Source: Trichodelitschia bisporula (Eukaryota). Taken from it: 64,000 bases of DNA. Positions 13,243 through 26,100 of this stretch are shown piece by piece. The notes under the pieces are model-generated. The model saw nothing but the letters and a program-made list of their open reading frames with translations. It ran no database searches and had not been told where the DNA came from. Location of the stretch: NCBI GenBank assembly GCA_010356995.1, contig ML996701.1, positions 612,963 through 676,962 of the forward strand. Direction: 5' to 3'. The position numbers and the translations under genes are program-made. Positions within the stretch are counted from its first letter, which is position 1. Each line of letters begins with the position of its first letter.

Positions 13243-14537
13243 ATGGCGAGCCTGTACCATCAGGCTACGAATACGACGTCGCAGCTCTTATCGCTGCCCC
13301 CGAAGTGGCTCAACGGCTATGGTGACTTCATCACCAAGAACGCGAGCGCTGTGTCGCAGATCGAGTCGGCGCTGCGGTCGCTGACCTATATCATCCCGGG
13401 TTCGTGGGCTTCGTTCCGGTGATGCGCTGTCTGACAATCGTAGGACGTTTTCGAGATGCGGAAATCGCGTCAGAAACCGGTGGGTTTGCTCCCAGGCGCA
13501 CATTGCGACCGCTAACAACCGTAGTACACTCCTCGGTTCAACTCCTCTCGCTCTACCATGATATCCTCCTCTCCCGCGCCCTCGCGAAGCATCCGAATCC
13601 GCAGAACCATCCTTCCCCTCACACCCGCTACACACGCTTCTGGTCGACCAAGTCACCGACATATGCTCGCCTCGCCGTTATCCTGCAGATGCTCCAACAC
13701 ACGCAGCTACTATGGGAGATGGTTGCCAAACGACGGGGCGAGAAAGTGCGATGGCGCGTCGTAGTGATCCTCGAGGCAGTCAAGGCGCTGTGCCGTCTGA
13801 TCTTGCTGCGCATCACCAACTCCCGTCCGTTGGTCTCGCCCCCGCTGCCTGAGCGTGAAATCGACCCTGGCATGACGGAGGAGTCACGCAGTGAGGAGGA
13901 TGAACTGCTCGGGGCAGAATCCGACGACTCGAGCTCTAGCTGGACCATGCCACGCACGGGCCTGGCCATGCCGACGCTGCCGTCAAGCACCGATATCAGC
14001 TCGTATCTGCTGTCCAAGGTGCTCACCGCCGACGACATCAAGCCTCCCAAGGCGCTGCTCCACCGCGTATCTGGCAAGGGCTCGTTCGCCGAGTATCTCT
14101 ACATTCTGCGTCCGGTCGTCTATGCCGCGGCGCTCGCGCACTGGAGCCAACGGTCGCCACAGGGCCGCAAGGACTGGCGCCCCTGGCTGCTGGGCGTGAG
14201 CCTTGAGTATGGCGCACGGCAGTTGGCGAAGCGTGACTTTGGAGAGCGGGTCGCTGGCGGCCTGCGGGGTCTCACGGGGCTGGAGAAGGAGGAACTGCGC
14301 AAGCGGAGGTGGCAGCTGGGCTGGTGGGCGTTCCGTGGCGCTTTCTGGGAGAACATGACCAAGTATGTCTCTTTTTCGGATATGGGTTCTGAGACGGCAA
14401 CTAACATGAACAGATCCTGGGTCAACCGCTTCACCGCCAAGCTGAAGGACAAGCCACTGCTTGATATTGTGGGAGGCGTGATCGAGGACTACGAGTTCTT
14501 GTTCGAGGAGTACTACTTTTCGTCGGCGACTCTTTAG
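13243..14537 (+). CDS. pex16: Peroxisomal membrane biogenesis protein Pex16
   Basis: Motifs Y.DFITKNASAVSQIESALRSLTYIIPGRFRDAEIASE, SPHTRYTRFW, RWRVVVILEAVKA.CRL, LTGLEKEELRKR...WW.FRGAF and EYYFSSATL. Introns at about 13400-13443, 13479-13524 and 14363-14413. Confidence 0.96.
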
Positions 14538-14955
14538 ATTTTGCTCGGTGGTAGATCAAAGCTGTGGCCCAGCGCTTTTCCTACGGGTGATCTTTGCTGT
14601 ACTTTTATCGGGTGCTGGTAGAAAGCAGGCGGGTTGGTTAGGGATGAATTGGTGACGGCGGGCATAGCGGTGGGCATTGTGCCCGGACTGAGATAATGAA
14701 TTGGTTCATCTCATCATGTCTCGTGATATCGAGTTGGTAATGGTGTGGCAATGTGCTACTCGAGAAAGGCGTGGCTGCCCCCCCTCCATAGTCTCTGCTC
14801 ACTCACACTGGCAAAAGTCCCTGGCTTGAGGCAGCCATAACTTTCTGGCGCGGCGGCCACACATTTCTCGGGTCGCCCTCGCCGTCCCCTTAGTAATCAG
14901 GACTTGGCGTGCGGTGCCACAAAGCGGGAGATCCACGTGATTGCCGAGCAGCGGA

Positions 14956-15082
14956 TGTAAACACACGTCCAACGGCCATGGTCGCGACCCAAGCGCCCCG
15001 CAAGAAAAGCAGCAACACAGAAACAACATTGCGCGTCCCCTCCTGTGATCATACCAACAAACGCATCGACCGCGTTACGCGA
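14956..15082 (+). promoter_or_regulatory. Candidate cell-cycle promoter elements upstream of mif2 (forkhead GTAAACA; MCB-like CGCGT/ACGCG)
   Basis: GTAAACA at about 14956, CGCGT at about 15032, and CGCGTTACGCGA at 15071-15082. Confidence 0.35.
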
Positions 15083-15098
15083 CCACCCGTTTACCGCA

Positions 15099-18042
15099 AT
15101 GGCGACCGCAAATACGCCCGGCCGCAAGAAGCAACAACGCGAGAATCAGTTTTTTGATGTTGGAGTTCAGGGACGGTAGGCGACGCGCCCTCCCCCCGCG
15201 CGATGTGCTATGTGCTGATCTGCTAAAGGAAAACGGGAATCACGCTACCGGAGGGTCGACGTGATGAGCATGATATTGAGGAGCTGGATGGCATCTTCTC
15301 GTCGCCAGAAAAGTCGCCTGTTAAAGCGCCTGCGCCGACGAGGAATGGCAACGCGACGCTGATGTCGTCAGACATGGAAGTCGCGAAGAGTGCGTGATAT
15401 GGCTGGCTTATCGCTCCCTGCTAACCGGCCCAGGCTCTGGACTCGAGCCTACAGAAGTCCTGTCCCACCGCCGCCTCGTGCGCACCTCGAAGACCGTCCT
15501 GCCCCCGCCGCCCGGTCGCTCCCCCCATAAGACGAACATCGGCTCTTCGCCTCGCAGACAGTCCTCCGTTGCGCCGATGTCCAGCGTCCGCCGTCTGACC
15601 AGATCCCCCGAACGCGCCACGTCGCACCCCGCCGTTGCGCGCCGCCTGTTTCCCTCGGAGGAGCCGCAGCCCAGTGTGGAGAAGAGTCCGCGCGCATCGC
15701 GCCCGCAGACGCGAAGGAGCATATATGACCTAGAGCCAAGTGAGGAGCGCGACATAGGCACGGTGCCGGAAGAAGATTACGATGAGACGGAGGCGCCGGA
15801 CCTGTTACATGGAGCTGAGCCGGCCGTCAATGGCGCATTTCATAGCGACCCGCTGCCCGTCGATGACTCACTGCAGGTCCTCAACTATAGCATCGCGAAC
15901 GAGGAGCTACCCCAGGATGATTTCCCCCAGACATCGTCACCGAGCAACCGCAGGATCAGAACCAGGATTGAGAAAGCAGCGGCTCGCGAACCGGAGCCAG
16001 AGCCTGAAGCGCCCGCGCCTAAACGCAGAGGTCGTCCGCCTGGGCGCAAATTACCTCCTAGCCCGGAAGACGTTGTGGCTCAGAAGGCACCTGCTCAACA
16101 GAGGCGTAAGCCAAAGACTCAGGGCCTAGTTTCGGCACGTGCACGCCACGAAGAGCCGGAACCGGAACCAGTGCCAGAAGATTCCATGATTGATGACACT
16201 ATCTCAAGTCTACCGCAAACAGAGGCCCCCAAACGCGGCAGAGGAAGGCCCAAGAGCAAACCCACCCCAGAGCCTGAACCCGAACCCGAACCGGAGATCG
16301 AGCCCAACGAGGAGCAAATTGAGCTACCCACATTCGACGAAGCGCCTGAAGAAGCACCTGAAGAGGAAGAGCAAGCTGAAGCCGGCGTCGATTCCTCCAT
16401 CGTTGAAATCGCGCCCAAACGCGGCAGAGGCAGACCCCGCAAATCCCTTCCCACCGAAGGCACCACCGCCGAAGCCCCAGCCAAACGCGGCAGAGGCAGA
16501 CCGAAGAAAGTCTCCACCACCGACGCACCTACCGCAAAAGCCAAGGGCAAGCGGCCTGCCCGCGACGATGAAGATGATGAAGCACCACCATCACCTAAGC
16601 GCGCACGCAAAGACGTCTTCGCCGCATTCGCACCGCCCCCCCGCGCGGCTTCCCCGCTGAAACTCGGGCACTCGCGCAGCATCTCCGTCCTCCGCGACGT
16701 GCAACCCGAAGAAGAGGCAGCGACGACCACGCGCTCGGGCCGACACTCGGTCAAGCCTATTGCGTTCTGGACGGGGGAGAAGATCGAGTATGATCACGAG
16801 CGGAATATACAGCGGGTTGTCCGGGCGGATAGTGTGGAGTTGCCGAAGACGAAGCGGGGCCCGAAGAAGAAGAGGAAGGGCGCCTTGGAACGGGTTAAGG
16901 AGGAGGAAGAGGAAGAAGAGGAAGAGTTGGCGGAGTGGGAATCCGGGCCGGGTGTGTTCCGCGGGTGGTGCGCCCGGTGGGGCGGAGAAGGCGTGGAAGT
17001 TGAAGATGATTACGAAGAGCGTGAGTCGCGCCCACACATCCACATCCCTCATCACCTGCTAACGCGAATCCAGAAATCGCCTTCGCAGCCCAAGCCATCC
17101 GCACAAACGAAGTCGCAGGCGCCGACTTCCGCTACGCCAAAGTCCTGAGCCTCCCTTTCTTCGGCGCCGGCATGTTGGACATTCCACCCGGCGGCAGCAA
17201 GCGGATGAAGAACAGCCGTCGTATGCAGTATGTATTTTTTGTCCATGCGGGCAGGCTCGATGTCGCGATTGGGGAGAATGAGTTTGTGATTGGGAGGGGG
17301 GGGGTGTGGCATGTTCCTAGGGGTGAGTTTGACCGCAGATTTCCTCGCTTTTTTTCCTTTTTTCCTTCCTCCTGTGGTTGTGGTGGTGAGGGTGGGGTGG
17401 CGGTGCTTGCCCGCACTGCTGCGCTGGGAGCCATCACCGTGCTGAGCCGCGACCTTGTGTCCCCATCACGCGCCCATGGCCATGCTGTCCCGGCCGTGTA
17501 ACACGAGGACGTCGCTCTCCCCAGCCTGCTGGCAGCGCGGCTACGGGAACGCACCCGTGGCGGCTCGTAGGCGCGTTCGTCCGGTGGGTGGGTGGGTTTC
17601 GGGCCCTCGCTGGCTTGTCGGACCCTCGCTGGCGCGTCGGGGCGCAGGCGCGCTCTCCCGTCCAGCCCCTACCCTCGCCTCGCCTCGCCTAGCCCACCCA
17701 CCCGCCCGCGGTCGCACCCTCACGCCCGCGGTCGCACCCTCACCGACTCTTCGGGCGGGTGCGCGGATGTCGTACGCCCTTCGGCTACGTGAGAACCCGG
17801 GTTTGGGGGATCCGGTGGGTTACACGGGGGTTGGGGGTTGTGCGACGTGGAGACTTGGCTTCCGGGATGATGGGGGGGGGAGGGAGGAGGGAGCAATGGA
17901 GTTAACTGAGGATGTGAAGAAAGTGTGTGGAGTCTTGGCTAATCTGTTGCCAGGGAATTGGTATTCCATTTCGAATAACGGGACTACGGCCGCGAGGGTG
18001 TTTTTTGCACAGGGGTGTGAGGTTGAGGGGGAGGAGGAGTAG
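15099..18042 (+). CDS. mif2: Inner kinetochore protein Mif2/CENP-C
   Basis: Exons 15099-15175, 15229-15389, 15434-17020, 17074-17322 and 17954-18042. Contains the Mif2 N-terminal motif (DVGVQGRKTGI...RDEH..E.LD.IFSSP), AT-hooks (KRGRGRP), the CENP-C motif TRSGRHSVKPIAFW.GE, and a C-terminal cupin (KNSRRMQYVFFV...VPRGNWYSISN...ARVFFAQ). Confidence 0.96.
17424..17865 (+). ncRNA. Candidate structured intronic RNA in the last mif2 intron
   Basis: Nested long-range complementarities within the 631-nt intron 17323-17953 (details in findings). Confidence 0.4.
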
Positions 18043-18359
18043 CAGTAGGAGGAGGGTGTGTGTGGACGGAGGGGTGTCTGCCTGCGTGGAATGGGATGGA
18101 AGATGGACGACGGGAGGGTGTCTTTCTAGCGGCGTCGGTTTTTTGTCGCGATGGGCGTTTTCTGGGGTTTTACTGTGACGTCGCGTTGTGACGGTGGGAT
18201 GGAAGAGGGACGGGGCGGACAGAACTTTGGTAGGCAAGTTGGCCATATCGCCTACCTATCTACTCCGCTCGCAACTGCTGCTGCTAGTAACACTCAATCT
18301 CCACGCGTCTCCCCGTGGGTATCTCACCATGCCGCTATCCCAGGCAGTACTCCCACGCA

Positions 18360-20143
18360 CTACATCTCCTCCAACTCCTCATCTCCCTCATCTAGGCCCA
18401 ACACCCCAAAGTCACCTACCTCCACCCTCTCCGGCCGCACAAACACCCCTCCCTTGGGCCCACCAGCATCGAAATACTTCACCCCGCCCGCAGAACCATC
18501 ATTCCGCCCCACCGGCTCGTCAAGTCGCACCCCAAGCCAGGGCGCGCGATCGGGGACCGGCCCGGGCAGCGCGGGCACCGGGCCGAGGTACCCGACTGTG
18601 CCGCGGCGCGAGTCGGAGTCAGGGAGCATACGGACGCGGGCGCCTAGCTTGATTCCTGCGAACACATTAACAATGAGTGTGCGAAGCGGGTACGGGGTCG
18701 CCTTACCGCGCTCCTCGATCTCGCGCTCGACGTTGGCTACCTTCTGCGCCTCGATCGACGGCGCATTGGGGTCGAAGCGCCCGAGCTGCGCTTTCTTCTT
18801 CCATGCGAGGACGCTGTCGGTGCGCGCTTCGTAGGCTTCGGGCGCGAGCTCGAATTTCTCGACGCGCGACACGTCGGTGAAGTCCGGGCGGGCGCCGGGC
18901 GGGCGGGTGTCGTTGACCTGAGGGGGTGATTAGTATTGCGTTGGTACTGAGGCGATGGGGGGGAGGGGGGGGGGCGTGGAAATGGACCGCGGAGCGGAAC
19001 TGGCAGCGCAGAGATCGGCCTTGTGCTTCGTGCTTCGTGCCTTCGTCCTTCGATCTCCGTCTACAAGGAACGACGCTGCGACAGGGAGAGGGCGAGGCTA
19101 CCGCACACACCCGCGCACCGCGACCGTGACACAGACAGGCCCCACGGGCCCGCGGGCCAAAAGTCCGCGCCCGCATCGGGAACCGCTCTCCCGATCGGAA
19201 GGCAGCGGCCAAAAATACCCTGTCTTTCGCAGAGAACAGGATCGCAGGCTTGCAGCTGGGGTCTGCTTCGCATATGGTGCGTCGCCTCCGCTGAACTCCT
19301 TACGCAGCTCCGCTCTGCTTCGGGAGACAAACGCATGCGCTGCGTCTACGCCGTAGCTGTACAGATGCACGCCCCCAATGTACCAGTGGTACCGAGCCAC
19401 GCCATCGCGAGCCTCGCCACGCCAGGCGCACGGCCAGCCAGCCTCGCGGCCTCGGAGTGTGCCAGCGCGGCGGCGCCAGGCACTGGGTGGGCGCGCTCAA
19501 TGGACTGGTAAGCGGCGGGCGGACGTGGAGGCCGCGCGAGGTGCACTGCCTACCATTTCCTCCCACCCCCGGCCTCGTGACTGCGCGATCATGCGGCCAA
19601 GGCTTCCGCGAGAACGGTTTGCGAGGAGGAGGGAGTGGTTGGTTTTGGGGGGGGGGTATGTGGCGGGGTATGATTTGTGGAGGGGGATATGGGGACGAAT
19701 GGGGGAAGGGAGTCCCGGATTGGCTGCCCTGGGGGGGGGCGGAGGATGACGGAAGAGGGAATGAGGGAGGGAAGGAGCGAAGGGTAGGGGTGGGGGGAGC
19801 AGAAGAGTTGAGGTTCGAAAATGGGATGTGGTAGGGAGGACGGGACACGCGATACGCGATATGCGAGAAGTACAGCGAACGAGTAAGGAAAAAAAGGACG
19901 AACATAGATTTCCGCATAGGGAGCCAGTGCCCACCGCTCCAACGTCACGGCATCCTCGTCGGCGGCCTCGATCGGAACGTCGGCTGCACCCGTAGCGCCG
20001 CGCAGCACCAGGCGCTGACAGCCGGGTGGGATGCCAGTCACGGGCTCGAGGCGCGTCTTGAAGTGCGAGATGGTCCAGGAGGGGGTGACGCGACGTTCGG
20101 CCGATGCGTTGGCGGAAGCGATGAGGAGAGGGATGTCGGCCAT
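18360..20143 (-). CDS. alf1: Tubulin-folding cofactor B (ubiquitin-like domain plus CAP-Gly; Alf1/Alp11 homolog)
   Basis: Exons 20143-19904 (SAERRVTPSWTISHFKTRLEPVTGIP), 18917-18707 (VNDTRPPGARPDFTDVSRVEKF...YEARTDSVLAWKK) and 18655-18360 (CAP-Gly WLGVRLDEPVGRNDGS...KYF...GVFVRP; C-terminus ELEEM). Confidence 0.96.
18978..19615 (-). ncRNA. Candidate structured intronic RNA in TBCB intron 1
   Basis: Multiple nested stems and an AUUUUUGG element within the 986-nt intron 18918-19903 (details in findings). Confidence 0.45.
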
Positions 20144-23100
20144 GACGATTTGACGCTTTGACGTCGTCTGATACTCGGGTTTGAGGGGGGGAAAGTGGGG
20201 GTGTGAGGATGATGATGAGGGGTAGGGATGAGGTGGGAGGAGCGAGATGAAGAGTTCGTTGTTTTTTATTTTTGTTTTCGTTTCTGCCTAGAGTGGGCGA
20301 GCTAAGGGTGGTGAGAGGTGAGGATGGTGGTGAGAGGTGAGGGATGGTGGGGGTAAGAGGAGAAGAGAATGAGGGTTCGCGGGGTCAGGGTCCGCATGGG
20401 GTTTGGGGTGGTCGGTTTGATTGTGAAGACATGATAGAGTGGTGGACACAGGTGTACTGTAGTTCTAGAGAGGTTGTGAGAGTGAAGAGGGAATGAGATG
20501 AGATGGAGATGAAGGGAACTTGAGGCGAAGGAGATCGTCTCTCATTGTACGGAAATGAGATGAACATGAGGCAAAGACGATCATGTATCGTTTCCCGGGA
20601 AGACTTGACGTTTGTTGGCTCGTCAACCTGGATCCTGAGGAGGGGCAAGCCGAGGTGGGGGAGGGGCAGTGAATGTGCGGCAATGACAGGAAGCTCCGGA
20701 GAGTAATGAAGCTCAAAGGGGACTGTTTGCTACAATACTCCGAGTTCCTCCTGTAGGCATCCGGTACCAAACCAGGTAGGATATGCCACAAATCTACCTG
20801 TGTCGCTGCAGCAACTACAAACCATGAGCCAGTGCGTCCTCTCTACTGCCTAAGCGACATTCGCAGGTCTAACGAACCATAGTTTCACCCATATGTTGCC
20901 AGGACCAGCACGTTTGGACCAGGCAATATATCTCGCGACCCTGCGCAATTCCTCTGCTCCATTACGCCGAGCACCGGTTCGCTGCGCACTTCCGATGTGC
21001 TTTTGGGGGAGGGATCATCGTCGGCCTGCCACTTCCTGCTCCTTCCTGCCACTCCGCTTCCGAGATTGCAGTTGGGCCTTTTGATAGGCACTCTGGATAC
21101 GGGAGGAGAGTTGAAATGGGGTGAGTATCAGAGAGATGGCCTTGATTCATCCTTGTGGTTCGTTGATCCTCTTGTTTGACACTATTGTTGACACTATTGA
21201 CACTTTACGGCCGATAATCTCTCTCTGTTCCTTTCCCACGCTCTCCGATTCTCTAAGCCGTCCATGGGAGCGTGGTGACGAGCACAAAAAGAGAATTGGC
21301 GTCTGATGTCACGTGTGTCGGCGTTTAGCATTCTGGCGCATGGCGGCTCGAGGATGCCGTTTCACGCACTGATTGGAGCAGAGGAGCTACGTATCAACGA
21401 CTGCACACACACAACTCACCCACCGCTGCCCCCATGTTGCCTGTTGAGCCAGTTTTTGGCTTCGATGCTTTCAGCAGAAGAGAGGCCCAGCTATGGCTAT
21501 TGATAGACAGCCCAGGTATTGATCGATACCTAGCCATTGCCAATACTCCTCAAACGCAATTCCACTGCCCCATCTCCGCTTTGCTTCCCCCGTGCCTTCG
21601 GTCCTGTCGGTCCTCGATTCTCCGTGTTATTCAGCTGGGTACGAGGAGGACTATCCTAGACCGTCATCTGATCGCCTGATCGCTTTGACAGGATGGAGGA
21701 GAGATGGAGAGAGGGGGAGCAGCGGAGAGAGGCCCCAGAGTGATGACGGAGCAGAGAGCAGTTCTGCCCGACAACTGGGACAACCCATTGTTGCCCAACA
21801 CTACACCGCAACAGGCGTTCAATGGAGCGAGCGGAGCATTGGCGTTGGCAACAAAGCCCTACATCCCAGTTCCTTGCAGGCCTTGCATCTCTTAGTTTCC
21901 GTTCCGCACCGTTCAGTCGAGGTAGAGGAGTCAATGCGTTTCGGAGGCCATGGATGGTTGGGTGTGACGGTGGCTGACGAGAGAAGAGCGTGTGGGCTCT
22001 GGAGCGATGAATTCGGGAGTGACGATGTGGGGGGGGGCGGTCTGAGAGGAGGAGAAGCGAGCAACAAGAGATGGAACAGATGGAAGAGAACAACAAACTT
22101 GGTGAGAAAGGACGGTTGACGTCCACCTAACAGACGAATCCACGAAAGCGCCAGCAAAGAGACGAGTCAACGTTGGAGATGCAGCAACGAAAAGCGCCTC
22201 ATTCCCTCGGCAATACCTCGCTCCGACTCCGCCAAACCACTTACCATCCATCGCCAACTACCCAAGCAAAAGCTCTCCCCCACTCTTTCGGCCTCAAAGT
22301 CGCTCAAATCGCTCTCTTTCCACCAACTACCACTCACTCCGTCCCTGGTCGCATCTTGCATCTCTTACACCTGTGATCCCCCACTCGTCACCGTCTCCCG
22401 ACTTCGTCTCGTCTCCCCATCCAATTCATCCATTGTTAACCTCCACTGCCTCAACACATTCCCTCCCAATTGAGTCTCTTGTCCTTGTCTCCCCACTCCC
22501 TCCAAAGTACTTCGTGTACGCACCAATGCCAAAACACCACTCAATCGCTCCGATCCCGCCAGATACCTGCATTCCCGCTCCTTCAATTCCGCTACCCGTC
22601 CAACTCCCCCACCATCGACGGTCCAACCCCTACCACACTCACCCGCCACTCCGCCAGCTTTGCCTCCTCAAGAGACTAAACATCTGCAGGCCTTCACCGC
22701 CAGGTTGCGCGCGCCGCCAGCTGCTGCAGCATTCCTAATTTTGGCCCAAGGTACCCAAGTTCATCCTAATGTCCAATGTCGTCGTCCGAGTCTTCCCATG
22801 GCACGTCACCACGTCACCAAACACTACTGTCTTTTTTGCTTTTTTTCATGCTTCATGTACCTTTCCTTTTTCTCTCGTTCAGTGCCACATCCACCACAAA
22901 CCACCACCCCTTCTTCCCGTCTCCACCACGAGACCCCCCGCCTTAATTGCATATTCCGTCGAAAAGAACGGCAGATCTGTGCGCTCCGGCATGCATGACA
23001 TCAATCTGTCTAACCTGACAGAAAACATTTTTCGGAAAAAAAAAGTGACCTAGGGCTTGTTCGGCCATTTTCCTGCAATTCTAGCCGGATGCTGACTGCT

Positions 23101-26100
23101 TGTCCTGTCGGCTGCTTTGCTTCCTGGTTGCTAGCATATCCTAGGAATGGGAGGTGGGGGGGAGTTTTTTGCTTGCTACTTGCCTCATCTCCCGTTCGCT
23201 CAACTGCTTTCTCTCACTCATTCTCTTGCTGAAATCCTGGGACACCTCGCTTACCTGGCTGTATATGAGCCTATGTCATCCGGCCCGTGCATCCTCTCTT
23301 TTTTTTGCAGAACCTCGAAAACCACACACACCACCAAGTACACACCCCCCTACCCGTAACACCTGCAATTATTCTCGCTTCTGCCGGCTGATACAGGGGT
23401 GGGTTGGCGGGGGCCGTAAACTCTCTTCTGCCAGTCGTTGGGCACTCGCGCGCCCTCTTGAAGCCTCTCGCCCTCTGACCTCTGACCTCTCTCGTACCTC
23501 ACGTGGGGATCGCCCACTCTGCCACTGCCGGATACCGAGGTGTAGTTGGGTGGAATTCCCGTTTATCCCACGGGGAGCATGCTCCGCTAGCGACAAAATA
23601 AACCGCCCCGGTTTTCCGCGGGCGTTCTTCAGGTCCGATCAAAGTCAACCACCGATCCTTGTCGTCATCCCGTTGTAGGAAGTAGATCGCAGAAGGGCTA
23701 CGAGCAATCTCGGCAGCCCGCCGCCTCAAATCCCACCGCCCAGGGTCTGGCAAACTGGTCCGGAGGCGCTGGCCGTTGCTTGACGACGCCTACGGCCGGG
23801 ACGATTTCGTCCCAAGCAGCAGGGTGCGTAGCACTAACATGCCCTGTACAGCGCCCCCCCCCGGGAGATCTTGGGTGGGTGGGCTGGGGTAGGGGAGTTG
23901 GAGGGAGATGTGGTGGACGAGCCGGGAAGGGGTGAGGGCTGGCTGCAGCAGAAACGCGCATCTACCGGGGTTGTTGCGTGGTGCGCAGGCGAGTTGACAC
24001 TTGCGCCGCCTCTCTTCTCAGAACCCCAGCGATCCCCGACTTCGTTCTCCGCGCTTCCGGGTTGCGGCGGCGTTTGTGTATGGGTTGTTTGGTTGTGTGG
24101 ATGGGGACGTATATCGGGAGTGTAAGTGGTATGGTGGTGCGGATTGGCGTTTGTGCATGTGGGAGGTGGAGGGTAGGTATGCGGGTTGTCGGCGAACGAA
24201 ACTAACGAGTCGGCATCTTGAGAACCATGCTCGTTCTCTGGCAAGGGGAGCGCAAGCTGCGCCAGCCCTTTCCTGCCGAGGTGTGGAAAATCTCAGATAT
24301 GCCGGAAAGCAGCCAAGGCCCCCCGATGTGGTTGCTGCAGATCATCGTTCGCCAGCTCATCGCCCTTTGGGTTGGATCTGGCGGGAGCCCTACAGCCTAC
24401 GGCGGGCGGCGTTGTTCTACCCCTGGAATGGTTGACCGCCTCAAACAGTGTGCAGCAGGACGGTAACGGAACGTGCCCTAGTGGGAAGATGGGGTTATTG
24501 GGGGGGGGGGGAGTGGTGGAGTGAAAAGAAGATGGGGAAAGAGGAAGCGTGGGGCCTTGGTTGGGCTGACCAGATCGGTACCTATATGTGTGTGTTTGCG
24601 AACAACCAACGGCATCGACTGACAGCGAACGATGATGACGATAACGACGAACGACCAGTCACCATCGCCAACCTCCCATCTACACCGTTCCGTCAGCATT
24701 ACTTCGCCTCGCTGCTCTCTGCTCCGGGTACCGGTGACCAAAGTAAGGCGGGCCGAACTGCCAGCGTTCGTGGTGAGTGTTACTGCCCTGCCAGCGCCCA
24801 ATTGCCAACACGGCCTCCGCAACCTCCCAACCTCCTCGCCAACGTCAACAGAGAACGGCTCAGCAAAGCTGGGCCTCGCTGCCCGGCCGCCGACGCCCAG
24901 CTCGAAGCCTGCCCGGGGCGACATATACCAGAAACGCACGTCATTGCGGAACTCGTCTGATGAGATGGGAGCTGGGAAGGGAAGGGTAGTAATGGATACA
25001 ACCTCCTTCCTCCATCCCTCCGCCCCCAACCCCAGACAGTTACCATGACCCTTGATCTTGCGCTGTAGTCGGCTTTGGGCATTGGCAATGGAGGTTAATC
25101 CCGGGAAGTCAACCTAACGTCGGGCGTGCAAGCATGTGGTGCAGAGTGCCCTGGGGCCGCCCTTTTTTTCTGCTATGCCTTGTCAAAAGATTGTTTGCCA
25201 AACAAAGGGCTCTGATGCAGCAAATTTTCCGCCTTTGTCGCTTCCCGATCCGCTTCGGCGTGCGATGGGGGGAAGAATAGGGCCGGAGAGGCGGCGGGCA
25301 ATGAACGAAGGAGAGTGAAAGGTAGGGGGGGTTGTAGGAAGTGACAGTGATAGTGGGAGTTGGGGGCTGATGGTTGGTCATTTGCCTGAGGACCAGCGAG
25401 CTGGCAGTGAGAGAATGAGTGAGAGTGAGAGGATTAAGAGAAGAAACGAAGAAGAAGACCGAAAGAAGAGAGGGAAGAGAAAGAGAGGAGGAGAACGCAT
25501 AAACATTGGGGAGCTGGTGAGCCGTTTTCAGGCATATTGTTGCCTCCTCCCCTCACTTCAAGTCTCCAAGTTCTTCCATCTCTCTATTGCGTACCCTATC
25601 GATTGGATATGCCATGTTTCATCCCTTGTCCTCTAGCCGTTGGGCTGATCACCATTCTCGAAGGGGGCGACCATTGAGAGTGCAGTGCCGGCGGCACCGC
25701 CTCTGTCTGGGTGACGACTGTGATGGGGACAATACATGGCATTCCATAGGTTCCTTTCCCCTAAATAGAGCCATCACACGCTACCACTACCCCCCGGCTC
25801 GGGCCTGAGCACTAGCTAAAATACCCACCCGGCGCCTGCGTGGTAGGTAAATGGTAAGAGTGTACAGGACCTCTCTATTACCATTTACGGCCTGCCCGTT
25901 TCTGCAGCTATCTACCTCCATCGTATTTCCTCTTTCTCGTCTCTCTGAAGAGAAGAGGTACTTTGCTCCCGCCGAGGTACATACCTGGCATTTCGAACGA
26001 GGGTTTGTGCTTCGGGTACATGGTATATGGATTTTTTTTCTCCTCTGTCCTTCATCAGCCTGATTCCCTGCGCGCGTGGGAAAATAGAGAGAAGGCTAGC

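Noticed and set aside
17323..19903. Known RNAs (snRNAs, telomerase RNA, RNase P/MRP, SRP, TPP riboswitch, group I intron) as the identity of the long introns
   Set aside because: Their hallmark motifs and a telomeric template were not found by eye. An Rfam search is still needed.
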